From Chiloscyllium plagiosum (Eukaryota), in assembly GCF_004010195.1 (NCBI RefSeq), contig NC_057718.1, forward strand, positions 80,607,241 through 80,663,081: a DNA stretch of 55,841 bases, read 5' to 3'. Made by a program: the position numbers and the translations under genes. Positions 12,917 to 23,899 of this stretch are shown here, in pieces; position 1 is the stretch's first letter, and each line of letters begins with the position of its first letter. The notes below the pieces were generated by a model. It made no database searches. It saw only the letters and a program-made list of their open reading frames with translations, and was not told the origin of the DNA.

Positions 12917-14478
12917 CATAGACTCTTACAGAGCTCTGTTAAATGCTCCATGTGATCTTTCCACAAATGGCAAAAGATCAATAAGTCATCTTTGTAGATG
13001 GCAAATTAGTCAATCCTGCAACAACTCTGTTCATAGGCCATTGAAAAGCGGCTGGCACGTTTTTCATTCCAAAGGGCATCACTTTAAATTGATATAGCCC
13101 ATTTGGGGTTACAAAAGCAGAAACATCTTTCACTCTTTGTTACTCTTTGCCAGTAATCACAAAGTAAATCCAACTTTGTGATGTAAGTGACTTGTCCTAC
13201 TTTTTTCACAAAATCCTCCAGTGGGTATATGAGTCAGATTTAGTCATAGTGTTGAACTTCCAATAGTTTACACAGAATTGTTGAGTACCAGCAGGTTTGG
13301 AAGCTAACATGCTAGGCGAACTCCACTCACTTTGATCCATCTCTGTGATGTCCTCCTGGAGCATTGCTTCCTCTTCCTTCTGAACCTGCACTGCTTTGAG
13401 AGGATTATGCCTGTAGGTGTGTTGTTTTATTGGAACAGCATTCCCTACGTCAACCTCCTACTAGGGCAATAGTCTTCCCTATTCTATTTCTTCATGGATC
13501 CTCATCACACTGTAACAAGTCTTTCAAATCAGTTCTCTGTTCCATGGACAGATAACTTACTACCCTACCCCATCCCTTGAGGACTTCCTCATTATTCAAT
13601 TTATTTGGAGGCACATCAAACTCCAAATCATCGGGATTTGATTCCTCACTTTGAGTGGCAGTAACAAATACCTGTTTCTCTGGATCCCTTTCCCTGTCTT
13701 AGTAATATTTTAGCATGTTCAAATGACATACCCAAAATATGTTTTCCTATCTGGCATCTTTACCAGATAATTCACCTGACCTAACTTCTTCTCGATCTGA
13801 CAGGGACCACTAAACCTTGCTTTCGAGGGATTTCCTACCCTGGTAACGGCACCAATACTTTATCCCCATGGGCGAACGTATAAATTTTAGATTTTTTATC
13901 TGCTCCTTGCTTCATTAAGTGCTGTGCACCTTCAAATGTTGTAAAACTAATTCACCTACTCTCTTCAATCTTTCTCTCACCTCCGATACATAATCCAACT
14001 GTGAAATTCTGACTTCGGACCTATCAACTTTTCTTAATTAATTTCAAAGGCCCTCTGAATATCAATTTGAATGAGGTAAACTGAGTCAATTAATTGGAGC
14101 ATCTCTAATTGCAAATCATATATATGGGATACCTTTATCCCATTCATTTGGGTAATCCTGACTTTAAGCCCTCAACATGGTCTTTAGGGTCTGATGCTAC
14201 CTTTCCAATGCTCCCTGGGATTCAGGACTGTATACACTTGATGCAAAGTGTTTGATTCTAAACTGTCCATGACCACCTTAAATAATTTGACAATAAAATT
14301 GGACCCCTGGTCTGACTGAATCCCACTGGGTAATCCATAACTCTTAAAGAAAGCAAGCAACTTTTTGTCAACCATTTTTGCCTTTACATTCTGTAATAGA
14401 ATTGCCTAAGAAAACCCAGTAGACACATCCATTACAGTTAGCAAATACTGGTTCCTACGTTTGGTTTTCGGGAGAGGA

Positions 14479-14688
14479 GATGGAAATGTGTTGCTGGAAA
14501 AGCGCAGCAGGTCAGGCAGCATCTAGGGAACAGGAGAATCGACGTTTCGGGCATTAGCCCTTCTTCAGGAAGGGCTAATGCCCGAAACGTCGATTCTCCT
14601 GTTCCCTACATGGTGCCTGACCTGCTGCGCTTTTCCAGCAACACATTTCCATCTCTGATCTCCAGCATCTGCAGACCTCACTTTCTCC
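14479..14688. mobile_element. Family A fold-back insert (tail on plus arm)
   Basis: Inverted arms meet at cccttcttcaggaagggc. TSD tttcgggagagga at 14466-14478 and 14689-14701. Confidence 0.9.
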
Positions 14689-14841
14689 TTTCGGGAGAGG
14701 ACCTGCATAATCAATTATAACCCATATAAAAGGTTCTTCAAATGTGGGAATTGGCATCAAGGGTGTTGATGTGATCACCTCCTATGGCTTTCCCACCATC
14801 TGACACATATGACAGGTACGGCAAAATTCAATCTTTACGTA

Positions 14842-16153
14842 CAGAGGAACCTCAGTTATCCAAATATCAATTATCTGAATTTCATATTATCCGAACAAGA
14901 TCTCAAAGTCCCACAAAAACATTACCTCAAAGAGATAAGTGAATTCGGATTACCTGTACTGAAAAACATGTGAAAATTCTGGGAAAATGCTGGTAGGTAT
15001 AGGGAAAGCTGGATGACGAAAGAAATTGGAGATTTGGTTAAGAAAAAGAAGGAAGCGTATGTCAGGTATAGACAGAATAGATCGAGTGAATCCTTAGAAG
15101 AGTATAAAGGCAATAGGAGTATACCTGAGAGATAAATCAGGAAGGAAAAAAGGAGACATGAGATAGCTTTGGCAATTAGAGTTAATGAGAATCCAAAGGA
15201 ATTTTACAAATAGATTAGGGACAAAAGGGTAACTAGGGAGAAAATAGGGCCCCTCAAAGATCAGCAAGGCAGCCTTTGTGTGGAGCTGCAGGAGATGGGG
15301 AAGATACTGAACAAGTATTTTACATCAGTATTTACTGTGGAAAAGGACATGGAACATATGGAATGTAGGGAAATGGATGGTGACATCTTGAAAAATGTCC
15401 ATATTACAGAGGAGGAAGTGCTGGATGTCTTGAAATGCATAAAGGTGGATAAATCCCCAGGACCTGATCAGGTGTACCCGAGAACCATGTGGGAAGCTAG
15501 GAAAGTGATTGCTGGGGCTATTGCTGAGATATTTGTATCATCGTTAGTCACAGGTGAGATGCCAGAAGACTGGAGGTTGGCTAACGTGGTGCCACTTTTT
15601 AAGAAAGGTGGTAAGGACAAGCCAGGGAACTATAGACCAGTGAGTATCACTCTAAAAACAGAGAAACACAAGCACCTCAAGCAACAGAGGCTGGAGTTTT
15701 TTTTACGTAATGGGTAGTTACACAGCCCTTTGCAAAATTAAGTGCTTTATTCCTGTCACTTCACCGAGCCATTCCTGAAAAATATGGCAGAGAAAATAAA
15801 CATATGTGCGAGGCAGTGCTTCTGTCTTTCTATCACAAAACTGAGTTCAGCAGAAATGCTCTTGTGATTGTAGAAGCTGTTCAGGACCTTGCTTGATGCT
15901 GGGATTTCATATATTTATGTGCTGGTAAGGGTTTAGTCCTTCTCAGTTTAACCTGCAAATTGCAGAATGCAAAGATTAATTTGTTTAAATAGCAGATTTA
16001 TCAAAATTATAGGTTTAAACAAACTCTCCAGTAAAACGCAGCGTTAGATCAGTATGGTTTCCCTTGTTTAATGTCACATCAATTATCCAAATAATCAGTT
16101 AACCGAACTAAATATTGCTTGCCCGTCTTGTTCAGATAATCGAGGTTCCTCTG
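14842..16153. mobile_element. Tigger/pogo-like non-autonomous DNA transposon containing a CR1 fragment
   Basis: TIRs cagaggaacctcagttatcc ... gataatcgaggttcctctg, flanked by TA on both sides. Inserted into the Gypsy integrase. Confidence 0.8.
14990..15645 (+). mobile_element. CR1 ORF2 internal fragment
   Basis: KSPGPDQVYPR...PEDWRLANVVPLFKKGGKDKPGNYRPVS. Close to the copy at 47210-48396. Confidence 0.85.
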
Positions 16154-18487
16154 TAATCTAGGCCAATAAAACTGCTTCTGTATCTTATCCTGAGTCTTCT
16201 CACTCCTAGATGTTCTCCTATAGGTAATTCATATGCTACCCGCAATATTTCCTGTCTGTATTCTACCAGCAACGCCATTTGGTATACTTCCATTCATTTC
16301 TCATCGGCACTAACCTGCCAAGGTCTCCATTTCCACCTTAAGATTTTATCTTCAAGGTAAAACCATTCTGGAATATTCATTGATTCCTCTTCCGAGTAGG
16401 CTGTATGATATAAATCCTTTATCGTCTCATTTTCTGTTGTAACTGTCAATCTGTCAGAATAAACTCCTCAACCTGATCGTCTACCTGCTTAGGTTTTTCC
16501 TTTACCATCTCATCAAACAGGATGTCAGCTAATTGGATCTCAACTCCTTCATCTTTCTTTTTTATTCTTTCTTCTTGTTTTAATTTATGGCTGTGTGATC
16601 TTGTCACCGCACAGTTCAGAAAAATACCAGGGTATTTTTCTTTTAAATCCTCAGTTTCCTGATTTTCCTTTGGCTTTTCCACTACAATGGGCATCACTCA
16701 TACCTGTGATCTAGCTATATTACTTCCAAGAATAAACTGGATTCCTGGGATAGCCAAGTTTTCCATCACTCCCACTATCAGTTCCCCAGTCTTGATTGAA
16801 CTTTCTAGCCTTGACTTACACAGGGGAACATTGAATCCTCTCTCTATTTAATCCACAGATTACCACTCTCTCAGGCAATATTTCAAAAGGAGTGCAAATA
16901 TTTTCATCTCTTACTATTAGAGACAGACTAGCTCCCGTATCTTTCAATATTTCAAACTCTTTACCTCCTCCACCCTGCATAAATCTTACCCAAACTGGTG
17001 AAGTCTTTGAAAAGATTGAGCACGGTCTTTCTGTCCAACCCATGATTCGGCTCTGCAATCTTCTGCAGTTCCTCAACTTCTCTTGGGATTTCCTTCACTG
17101 TCTTGACTAATCCCACTGGTTTAGCCTCTTTCATCACATCCTTTTTCCCAATGCCTTTCTTAAACCACCAACAGTGTGACTTTGTGTGTCTCACCTTTAT
17201 TGCAGTGACAACAACTGAGGTCTTTCACCCCTTTTCCATCCTTTTGAGTTTATTTTTTCACCTGTGGTAAACTGTTCCCAGTGTGATCTACTACTTATTT
17301 TTCATTAAAGGATCTCCCTCTTTCCCAATTTCTATCTCTCACGGAATGAAATTGCTGTCGGAATCTAGATTTTGATTTATGCACTATGCATAATCATCTG
17401 CCATCTCTGCAGCTATTTTCACTGTTTTAACTTTCTGTTCCTCAACATGAGCTCTTATCATTTCTGGAATGAGTTTTTAAACTCCTCCAGCAGACTAATA
17501 TCAGTAAGAGCCTCAGAGGTCTTTTCTATCTTTAATACTCTCATCCATCTATTGAACTTGCTCTGTTTCATTCATTCAACTTGATATAAGTCTGACCTGG
17601 TTCCTTTCTTACATTTCTGAACCATTGTCTATATGCTTGTGGTACCAGTAGCCTTTTTTACTTCTGTGACAGTGGGCTGCAACACTTCATTAGCTCTACC
17701 AACCTACCAACTGTGTTTGGATCAAGAAAACCCACATAGTCTCTGGCCACGTCATTTGTTTAGCCACTTTCTCAAATGAGATGGAAAACGCTTCCACATC
17801 CTTCTCATCAAATTTAGACAATGTTTGAATATTTTTAAACAGATTCCCACCAGGCCTATGGCTACAATGGGTTTACTCATCGTCACTATCCTCCTCACTA
17901 AACCTACCTTCTACCTTCATCTCCATTCTTTTAAGCCAACCTGCTTGTCTAATTGCCAACTTCTGAAGTTCAAACTCTCTCTCCCTTTCTTCTCTTTTTC
18001 CCTTTCTTTTACTCGTGCCTTCTTCTCCTTTTCCTTTTCCTCTGCTTTTAATCGTAATTCAAACCATTTCAGTTTCCTTTTACTATCTAACTCCAATTGT
18101 CTCATTTGCAATTTTTTTGTTCTAATCCCACTGAGCTTGACTATTTCTGTGTTATATCTAAGTGCTTGGCTAACTCTGTTACAATTTCAACTTTCTTATT
18201 ATCCCAAGTTAAACCCAATTTTAGTGGGTTTGCTAATTCTACAAATGTTACCTTTTTCTGTCTTTCTAAACTTTCTTGGCACACTTGGGAAGCACCTTTA
18301 ACCCCCAGAACCTCTTTTGCAATGTTAAGAGCCATTTCCCCACTTTTGATTTAACTAACAACAAGCAACGAAATTAAATAGATTTTCCATTTCTCACTTA
18401 AGTTTCATTTAAAGACCTCGGACACTAGTCCTCAAGTTTAAATCTTCTGGGATCTTTTGTATCCTTAACCTGTTCAAATCTGTCCAA

Positions 18488-18507
18488 ATCCTGGACCCAT
18501 GCCCCCA
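18488..18507 (-). promoter_or_regulatory. Degenerate tRNA-Pro primer-binding site
   Basis: Minus strand TGGGGGCATGGGTCCAGGAT versus canonical TGGGGGCTCGTCCGGGAT, located immediately inside the LTR. Confidence 0.7.
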
Positions 18508-18510
18508 ATC

Positions 18511-19403
18511 TATTATAAAGCAAAGGTTGACTCCCTCTAAGAACTGAAATGGAAACACCCAAAGAGGAGCACCTTGCCAGATTATAACCTGTAAATAGAG
18601 TGTGAATAGTTGTGTAACCTGACTTTAAACAACTTCTAGTGGTTAAATAAAATAAATCCCTGATACTCACTTCAAAATCAACAAGTAACAATTTATTTAT
18701 CTAACTCTAACAGTGAATAAATTAACTAAACTATTAACAAACCGAATAAATTCCTTATAATTACAGGGTACTAACCAATCCCAAAAAAACCAAGATTCCA
18801 TTGTATACTGTTCCAATAAATACAAATCCCTTTCATACAACAGAAAAACAGAATTTAGTCTCTTGAATTTATAACCAGGTCACATATCTTCTGGAATGTT
18901 CTGTGCTTTCTCTGTGTTCTTCTGTTAGGAATGCCTTTTCCTTTAATTTTTCTGTCAGGAATACCTATGTTGTTTAAATTGTCTTTTCTCTAATACATAG
19001 ATGACTGTGAGAGGCAATTTATTTTGAGAGAGACAAGAGGGCTGTTAGCTCTGGTGGATGGCAGTTAGCGTTCTGGCTGCCCCCTTCCAACTGTCCCCTT
19101 CTTTTACACCTGTGATGACATATCAATATTTCTTACAATAGGATTGGTCCTATGTTGTCAAAACCATCCAATTTAAATGTAATAGATTTTTTGATATCTA
19201 AGTGCCTATTTAAAATTAATTGGCTAAATTCAAAAACCTGTTGTCTTGGTAAAACTGCTGCTTGGCCTGCTAACTGTACAGCCTTTTGATACAAATGTTT
19301 CAGTTTGGGCTCTGTGTCCTTGCAAATTTAAGGTGCTGCTCACAAACATCTATTTTAAGCACTAAGCACAGAAAAAAAAACTTTATTTTCAGAGCACCAC
19401 ACA
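18511..19403 (-). repeat. 5' LTR of the Gmr1-type element
   Basis: 18511-18655 aligns with the residual 3' LTR at 11735-11861. The right boundary is inferred from ...accacaCA. Confidence 0.7.
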
Positions 19404-20111
19404 ATGCTTTTCCCATTTTACAATTTTACAAACATCAAATTCTAGCTTTCTGCCTGCAATCAACAATTCCTCTACCTAGCTTCACAACAATATGGAGGTC
19501 AATACAAATATCTGGAATGTCAGTTAGTCGCATATATTTTATACATATAGAATGATGGCTTTATTTTCTAGTTGTAGTGCAGGCCCAGCATATTGGGGAT
19601 TAAGGTGGTTGCTTAGTCATGGAAGGACAGCACATCTCTGAAAGAAAATTTTATGGGATTTCCTTAGAGATTTTTATGTGATCCCTGAAAAATAAATAAA
19701 ATGTTCATACATATTGCAGGTAAGTAAGTAAATGCATTTAATCCTTTTGTACTCACATGGCTAAAAAATAGCAATACTCGGGACAAACTCTAGACTGTTA
19801 TTGTCCCTGATAAGTGGATAAGCTTTTATAAGGGATGTCTTGTGGTGCAATGGTAATGTCCCCGTCTTTGAATCACAACTCTAGATTCAAGTCCATGATG
19901 AGCACAAAAGATATGGACAAGCAGTCTGATTATCCACCTGAAAATCCTTTCATAATCCTGATGGTATGACTATGAGAATCTCCTGGTTTGCCAGAATGAT
20001 ATGGTCATTGCAAAACATCAGTTTCTCATGTTTAAAACAGCTCTATGCTCAAGTTCTTACCACAGGCTACTCCCTCATAAGTGTGTGAAAATCTTTCTAA
20101 TTCTGCCTTGA

Positions 20112-20245
20112 GTTGAAAAAAGGAAGAAGGGCTTATGCCCGAAACGTCGATTCTCCTACTCCTCGGATGCTGCCTGGCCTGCTGTATTTTTCCAGCACCA
20201 CATTTTTCAACTCTGGTCTCCAGCATCTGCAGTCCTCACTTTCTC
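20112..20245 (+). mobile_element. Family A insert with a vestigial inverted arm (gagttgaaaaa)
   Basis: TSD ctaattctgccttga / ctacttctgccttga. The inverted stub is the reverse complement of tttttcaactc, just before the tail. Confidence 0.82.
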
Positions 20246-21423
20246 CTACTTCTGCCTTGAATCAATTCAATTACACAGACTGCCACTTCTTGGTGGAAAA
20301 GAATTCCATTGGCTGACAGCCATCTGAGAGAAATAATTTCCCCTAATCGCTGTTTTAGTGGGAGTTCTCTTGTTCTAAAACTGTCTCTTGGTTCTGATTT
20401 CTAATATTAATACAATTCTTCTAGAACCTGTCAAAACTGCAGGGATCATTTTACCTCCTGACTCTCTTTAATTTCTGAGATAAATAAACATAAATAAAAG
20501 ATATTATCACAGAAGGTAAAGATTTGTTCTGCATCATTCCCTTGTGCACATTTCCATTTATTGATTTTCTCGTCAGTGATACCTGTATCTGGTTGTCTTA
20601 TATTTAACAGTTTTAGTTGCAGTAGACTGGCTCGTACATAGTAGAGATGGAGTTAGATAATCCTGTAACAGCCTCTGGGAGAAGATCTGAGCAAAGTACA
20701 AGTTCCATCTAGCCTTAATTCAAATCCAGGGGTATTAGCATTAATTGAATGGGAGCCTGTGCTCTTTTTTGCTCAGTTATTAAGCCTCAGCTGATTGGAT
20801 ATGACTGTGACAGAATCTTTTAATATAAGTCCATGAACTATGTTGGTTGAAGAGCTTCAAAAAAATTGCCAAGACATATGTTGAATTTGTTTCTTAGTCA
20901 ATGGCACGTGGACAACTGTGATTCGTTGTCAGAGGAAGGAGGCCTTTGAAATTATAGCCAGTTAATTCTGCCAGATCAAGTCCTGACATGCAGTACTTTT
21001 GCTTTATTTAGGTGAATGCAGTACTGTAGGGCAGAGCGGTGACCTTGTCAAGAAATCACAGGATGATATCCCATGTAATTGTATGAAAAGGAACAGATTC
21101 AAAAAAGTATAACCCTTCTAAGAATCAGATGACATGCTGTAAATCATCAAAGAAACTGGGTGTTTCAGGCCCAATTGTAACTTTGAAGTTTAGAACTTTT
21201 CTTCTTTGTATTCAAGAAAATTGATGCACAAAATCTCCACTGATAAATCAGGGCATCTTGTCTTGTTAGAGTCCATTGCACCTTGCAGAATTACTGTACC
21301 GGTCATCTAACGTTTGTTTACTTGGAACCATTTTCCTACATGAGGTGCCTCCATGGTCAATGGCTATATTTACCTTGAACCCTTCATCCATGCAAGCATT
21401 GGTCTTATAATATCAGCTTGTTG

Positions 21424-21635
21424 ATGGAAATGTGTTGCTGGAAAAGCGCAGCAGGTCAGGCAGCATCTAGGGAACAGGAGAATCGACGTTTCGGGCATTA
21501 GCCCTTCTTCCTGAAGAAGGGCTAATGCCCGAAACGTCGATTCTCCTGTTCCCTAGATGCTGCCTGACCTGCTGCGCTTTTCCAGCAACACATTTCCATC
21601 TCTGATCTCCAGCATCTGCAGACCTCACTTTCTCC
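21424..21635. mobile_element. Family A fold-back insert with apparently perfect arms
   Basis: TSD ataatatcagcttgttg at 21407-21423 and 21636-21652. Intact plus core at 21511-21538. Confidence 0.92.
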
Positions 21636-21791
21636 ATAATATCAGCTTGTTGTCAGCTAACAGTGAAAGTTGCAGGGAGAACTATGGAATCAACTTTCTC
21701 AGAAAGTACAGCTGTTGTTTGGTAATATATTTCTAAATTTGAAGTATTTAGGATACCAAAAATTCTATTGCTTATGGTGATATTTTAGCAT

Positions 21792-21939
21792 TTTAATTTT
21801 TTTATAAATGTATTCACAAATCTTATTTCCAATAGCAGAGGAACAGAGGGGTAGGCTGAAAAATTTTTTTTCAGTCTACCCCTCTGTTCCTCTGCTATTG
21901 GAAATAAGATTTGTGAACACATTTACAAAAAAAATTAAA
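21792..21939. repeat. Near-perfect palindrome with arms of about 72 bp
   Basis: ttcacaaatcttatttccaatagcagaggaacagaggggtaggctgaaaaa / tttttcagtctacccctctgttcctctgctattggaaataagatttgtgaa. Confidence 0.9.
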
Positions 21940-23253
21940 TTTTTTAAAAATGATTTATGATTTTAAAGGTTACATTTTCTGACCACTCATTCCAAATTTC
22001 AAAAGCAAAACATTATGGCTGCTGGAAACCTAAAATTAAAACCGGAAGTGCTGGGAATATTGAGAAGGTCAAGCAGCAAATGTGCAGACCGAAATAGTGT
22101 TAATGAGTAGAATTTTAGCCTTTCTGAAGTGGTAATAATGATAGCAACTGACATAACTTCATCATTCGAGACTCCAAAGATCAGATTCTCAATGTGAAGA
22201 AAGGTTCTCCAGATTAAGTTCCCTGGCCTTGGGTGATGAATGGAGTGGAAAGAGACTTATTTTGTATATCTACATCTCATTATTAACATAGCTGGCAGTA
22301 TTAACATCACACTTAGAAATTTTCTTTGTATTAAAGAAAATTAATGCACAAAATTTCCACTGATAAAACAGAGCATTTTGTCTTGTCTTGTCAGAGTCCA
22401 TTGCATCTTGCAGAATTACTGTACCAGTCATCTATCGTTTGTTTCCATGGAACCACTTTCCTACATGAGGTGCTTCCATGGTCAATGGCCACATTTATCT
22501 TGAACCCTTCATGCATGCAAGCATTGGTCTTACAACATCAGCTTGTGTCAGCCCAACTCAGCCACCAGTTCATTCCAAGATTTTGGAACTGACTGATAGT
22601 TAGGACTTATAAGCTCGTGCCAGCTAATTCTGCACGAGGAACATCTGGCATTCTGTACAACTATGCAAAGGTTTAGTGCTGATATCGAACCACGCATATT
22701 TGGGTCTTAGTCTGCTTTTTACAAAGTCTATAGTGCTTAATATAGATAGTTTATTTGAAGATTTTAGTAGAAAATGAAGTGTTCCTGTAGAGGCAGGTAA
22801 CTTCAGCATCCTAGCCTGCTTTGTAATGCACAACACCTTTAGAGCTGCTATAGAGTTGGGAATCCTTTGTGATATAACCTACATTTTAGCATGTAAGGTG
22901 TTGAGTGCTGCTTTAGAAGCAGGCAACCTTTGTGGTATCACCTGCTGTCTGCAGAAGGAGGTGGTCTGTTTATAATAGCACTTAAGTGCAAATGTCTTAA
23001 TCAGATAGGATATGGAAATGTTGCTGTGTGACATGGTGTGAGTTCAACATCAGAGCTTCAATATGTACCCACAGCTTAGAGAGCAAACATATAGTATTGA
23101 CCTGAAGAAAATGTATGTAAGTCAAAGTGAATAAGCATTTAGTGGTGTAAGGATGGATTTCAGTCAGTCAGGGGAATACTTCCAAAGTCAGCTATGGGCT
23201 AGTCTGATTTCAGTTTGGCTGTTTGGCCATGGTCAGTCAGATGATTGGTCTTT

Positions 23254-23474
23254 GAGGAGAAAGTGAGGTCTGCAGATGCTCAAGATCAAAGTTGAAACTT
23301 TATTGCTGGAACAGCACAGCAGGTCAGGCAGCATCCAGGGAACAGGAGATTCGACGTTTCGGGCACAGGCCCTTCTTCAGGATTCCTGAAGAAGGGCCTG
23401 TGCCCGAAACGTCGAATCTCCTGTTCCCTGGATGCTGCCTGACCTGCTGTGCTGTTCCAGCAATAAAGTTTCAA
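23254..23474. mobile_element. Family A fold-back insert with complete hammerhead cores on both strands
   Basis: TSD cagatgattggtcttt at 23238-23253 and 23475-23490. Centre ttcttcaggattcctgaagaa. Confidence 0.92.
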
Positions 23475-23899
23475 CAGATGATTGGTCTTTTGCAAGTGCT
23501 GGGAATCCATGCCCGGGGTCGTGGTCAGTCTTTGAGACAAGCATAGGTAGCCTGGGGACTTCATGTGGTATGGTCTTGAGAGATCAGACAAGGGGATGTG
23601 ACATAGTCAGTCAGGGCTGTCCTGCCAAGTCTGTCCAGGGAATTTGGACCATAATGAATCATGGGTATTTGGTCACTAACAGTCAAGAGACTTCTCAGGG
23701 CATTTCTTAAAGTCTTAGGGAAAACAGGCTGATCATGTCTGAGGATAGATTTCATTCATTGTACTGGGATGCTGAGGAAATTGTGACAATTGCAGATAGT
23801 ACGGTGATACCTCATTGTTTATAGGAAGATACTGGAAGCTCTCAAAATAGGAGTGGCTATTCTGCTTCTAGATGGGGAGGATGAAGGGCCAAGAGAGCA

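Larger units (their letters stand above)
11735..19403 (-). mobile_element. Gmr1-type Ty3/Gypsy LTR retrotransposon, decayed (order gag-PR-IN-RT-RH)
   Basis: Minus strand: gag KFDEKDVEAFSISFEKVA (about 17760-17815), CCHC knuckle (about 17170-17215), protease ILKDTGASLSLI, integrase PIPTFEEPF..IIDYAGPLP and IQSDQGSNF, then RT WSSP..FCVNY, MPFGMKN and AIYKDDL (about 12982-13002). LTR ends match at 11735 and 18511. Possible TSD atac/atgc. Confidence 0.88.
21190..22550 (+). repeat. Direct duplication of about 240 bp (21190-21423 and 22313-22550)
   Basis: Both copies read ttaga..ttctttgtatt.aagaaaatt.atgcacaaaat...catgcaagcattggtctta.aa.atcagcttgt with scattered mismatches. Confidence 0.85.

Noticed and set aside
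23286..23591. Mirror-image ORFs on both strands (also 55379-55798 / 55488-55739 and 12602-12919)
   Set aside because: These are by-products of palindromic repeats, with no protein homology.
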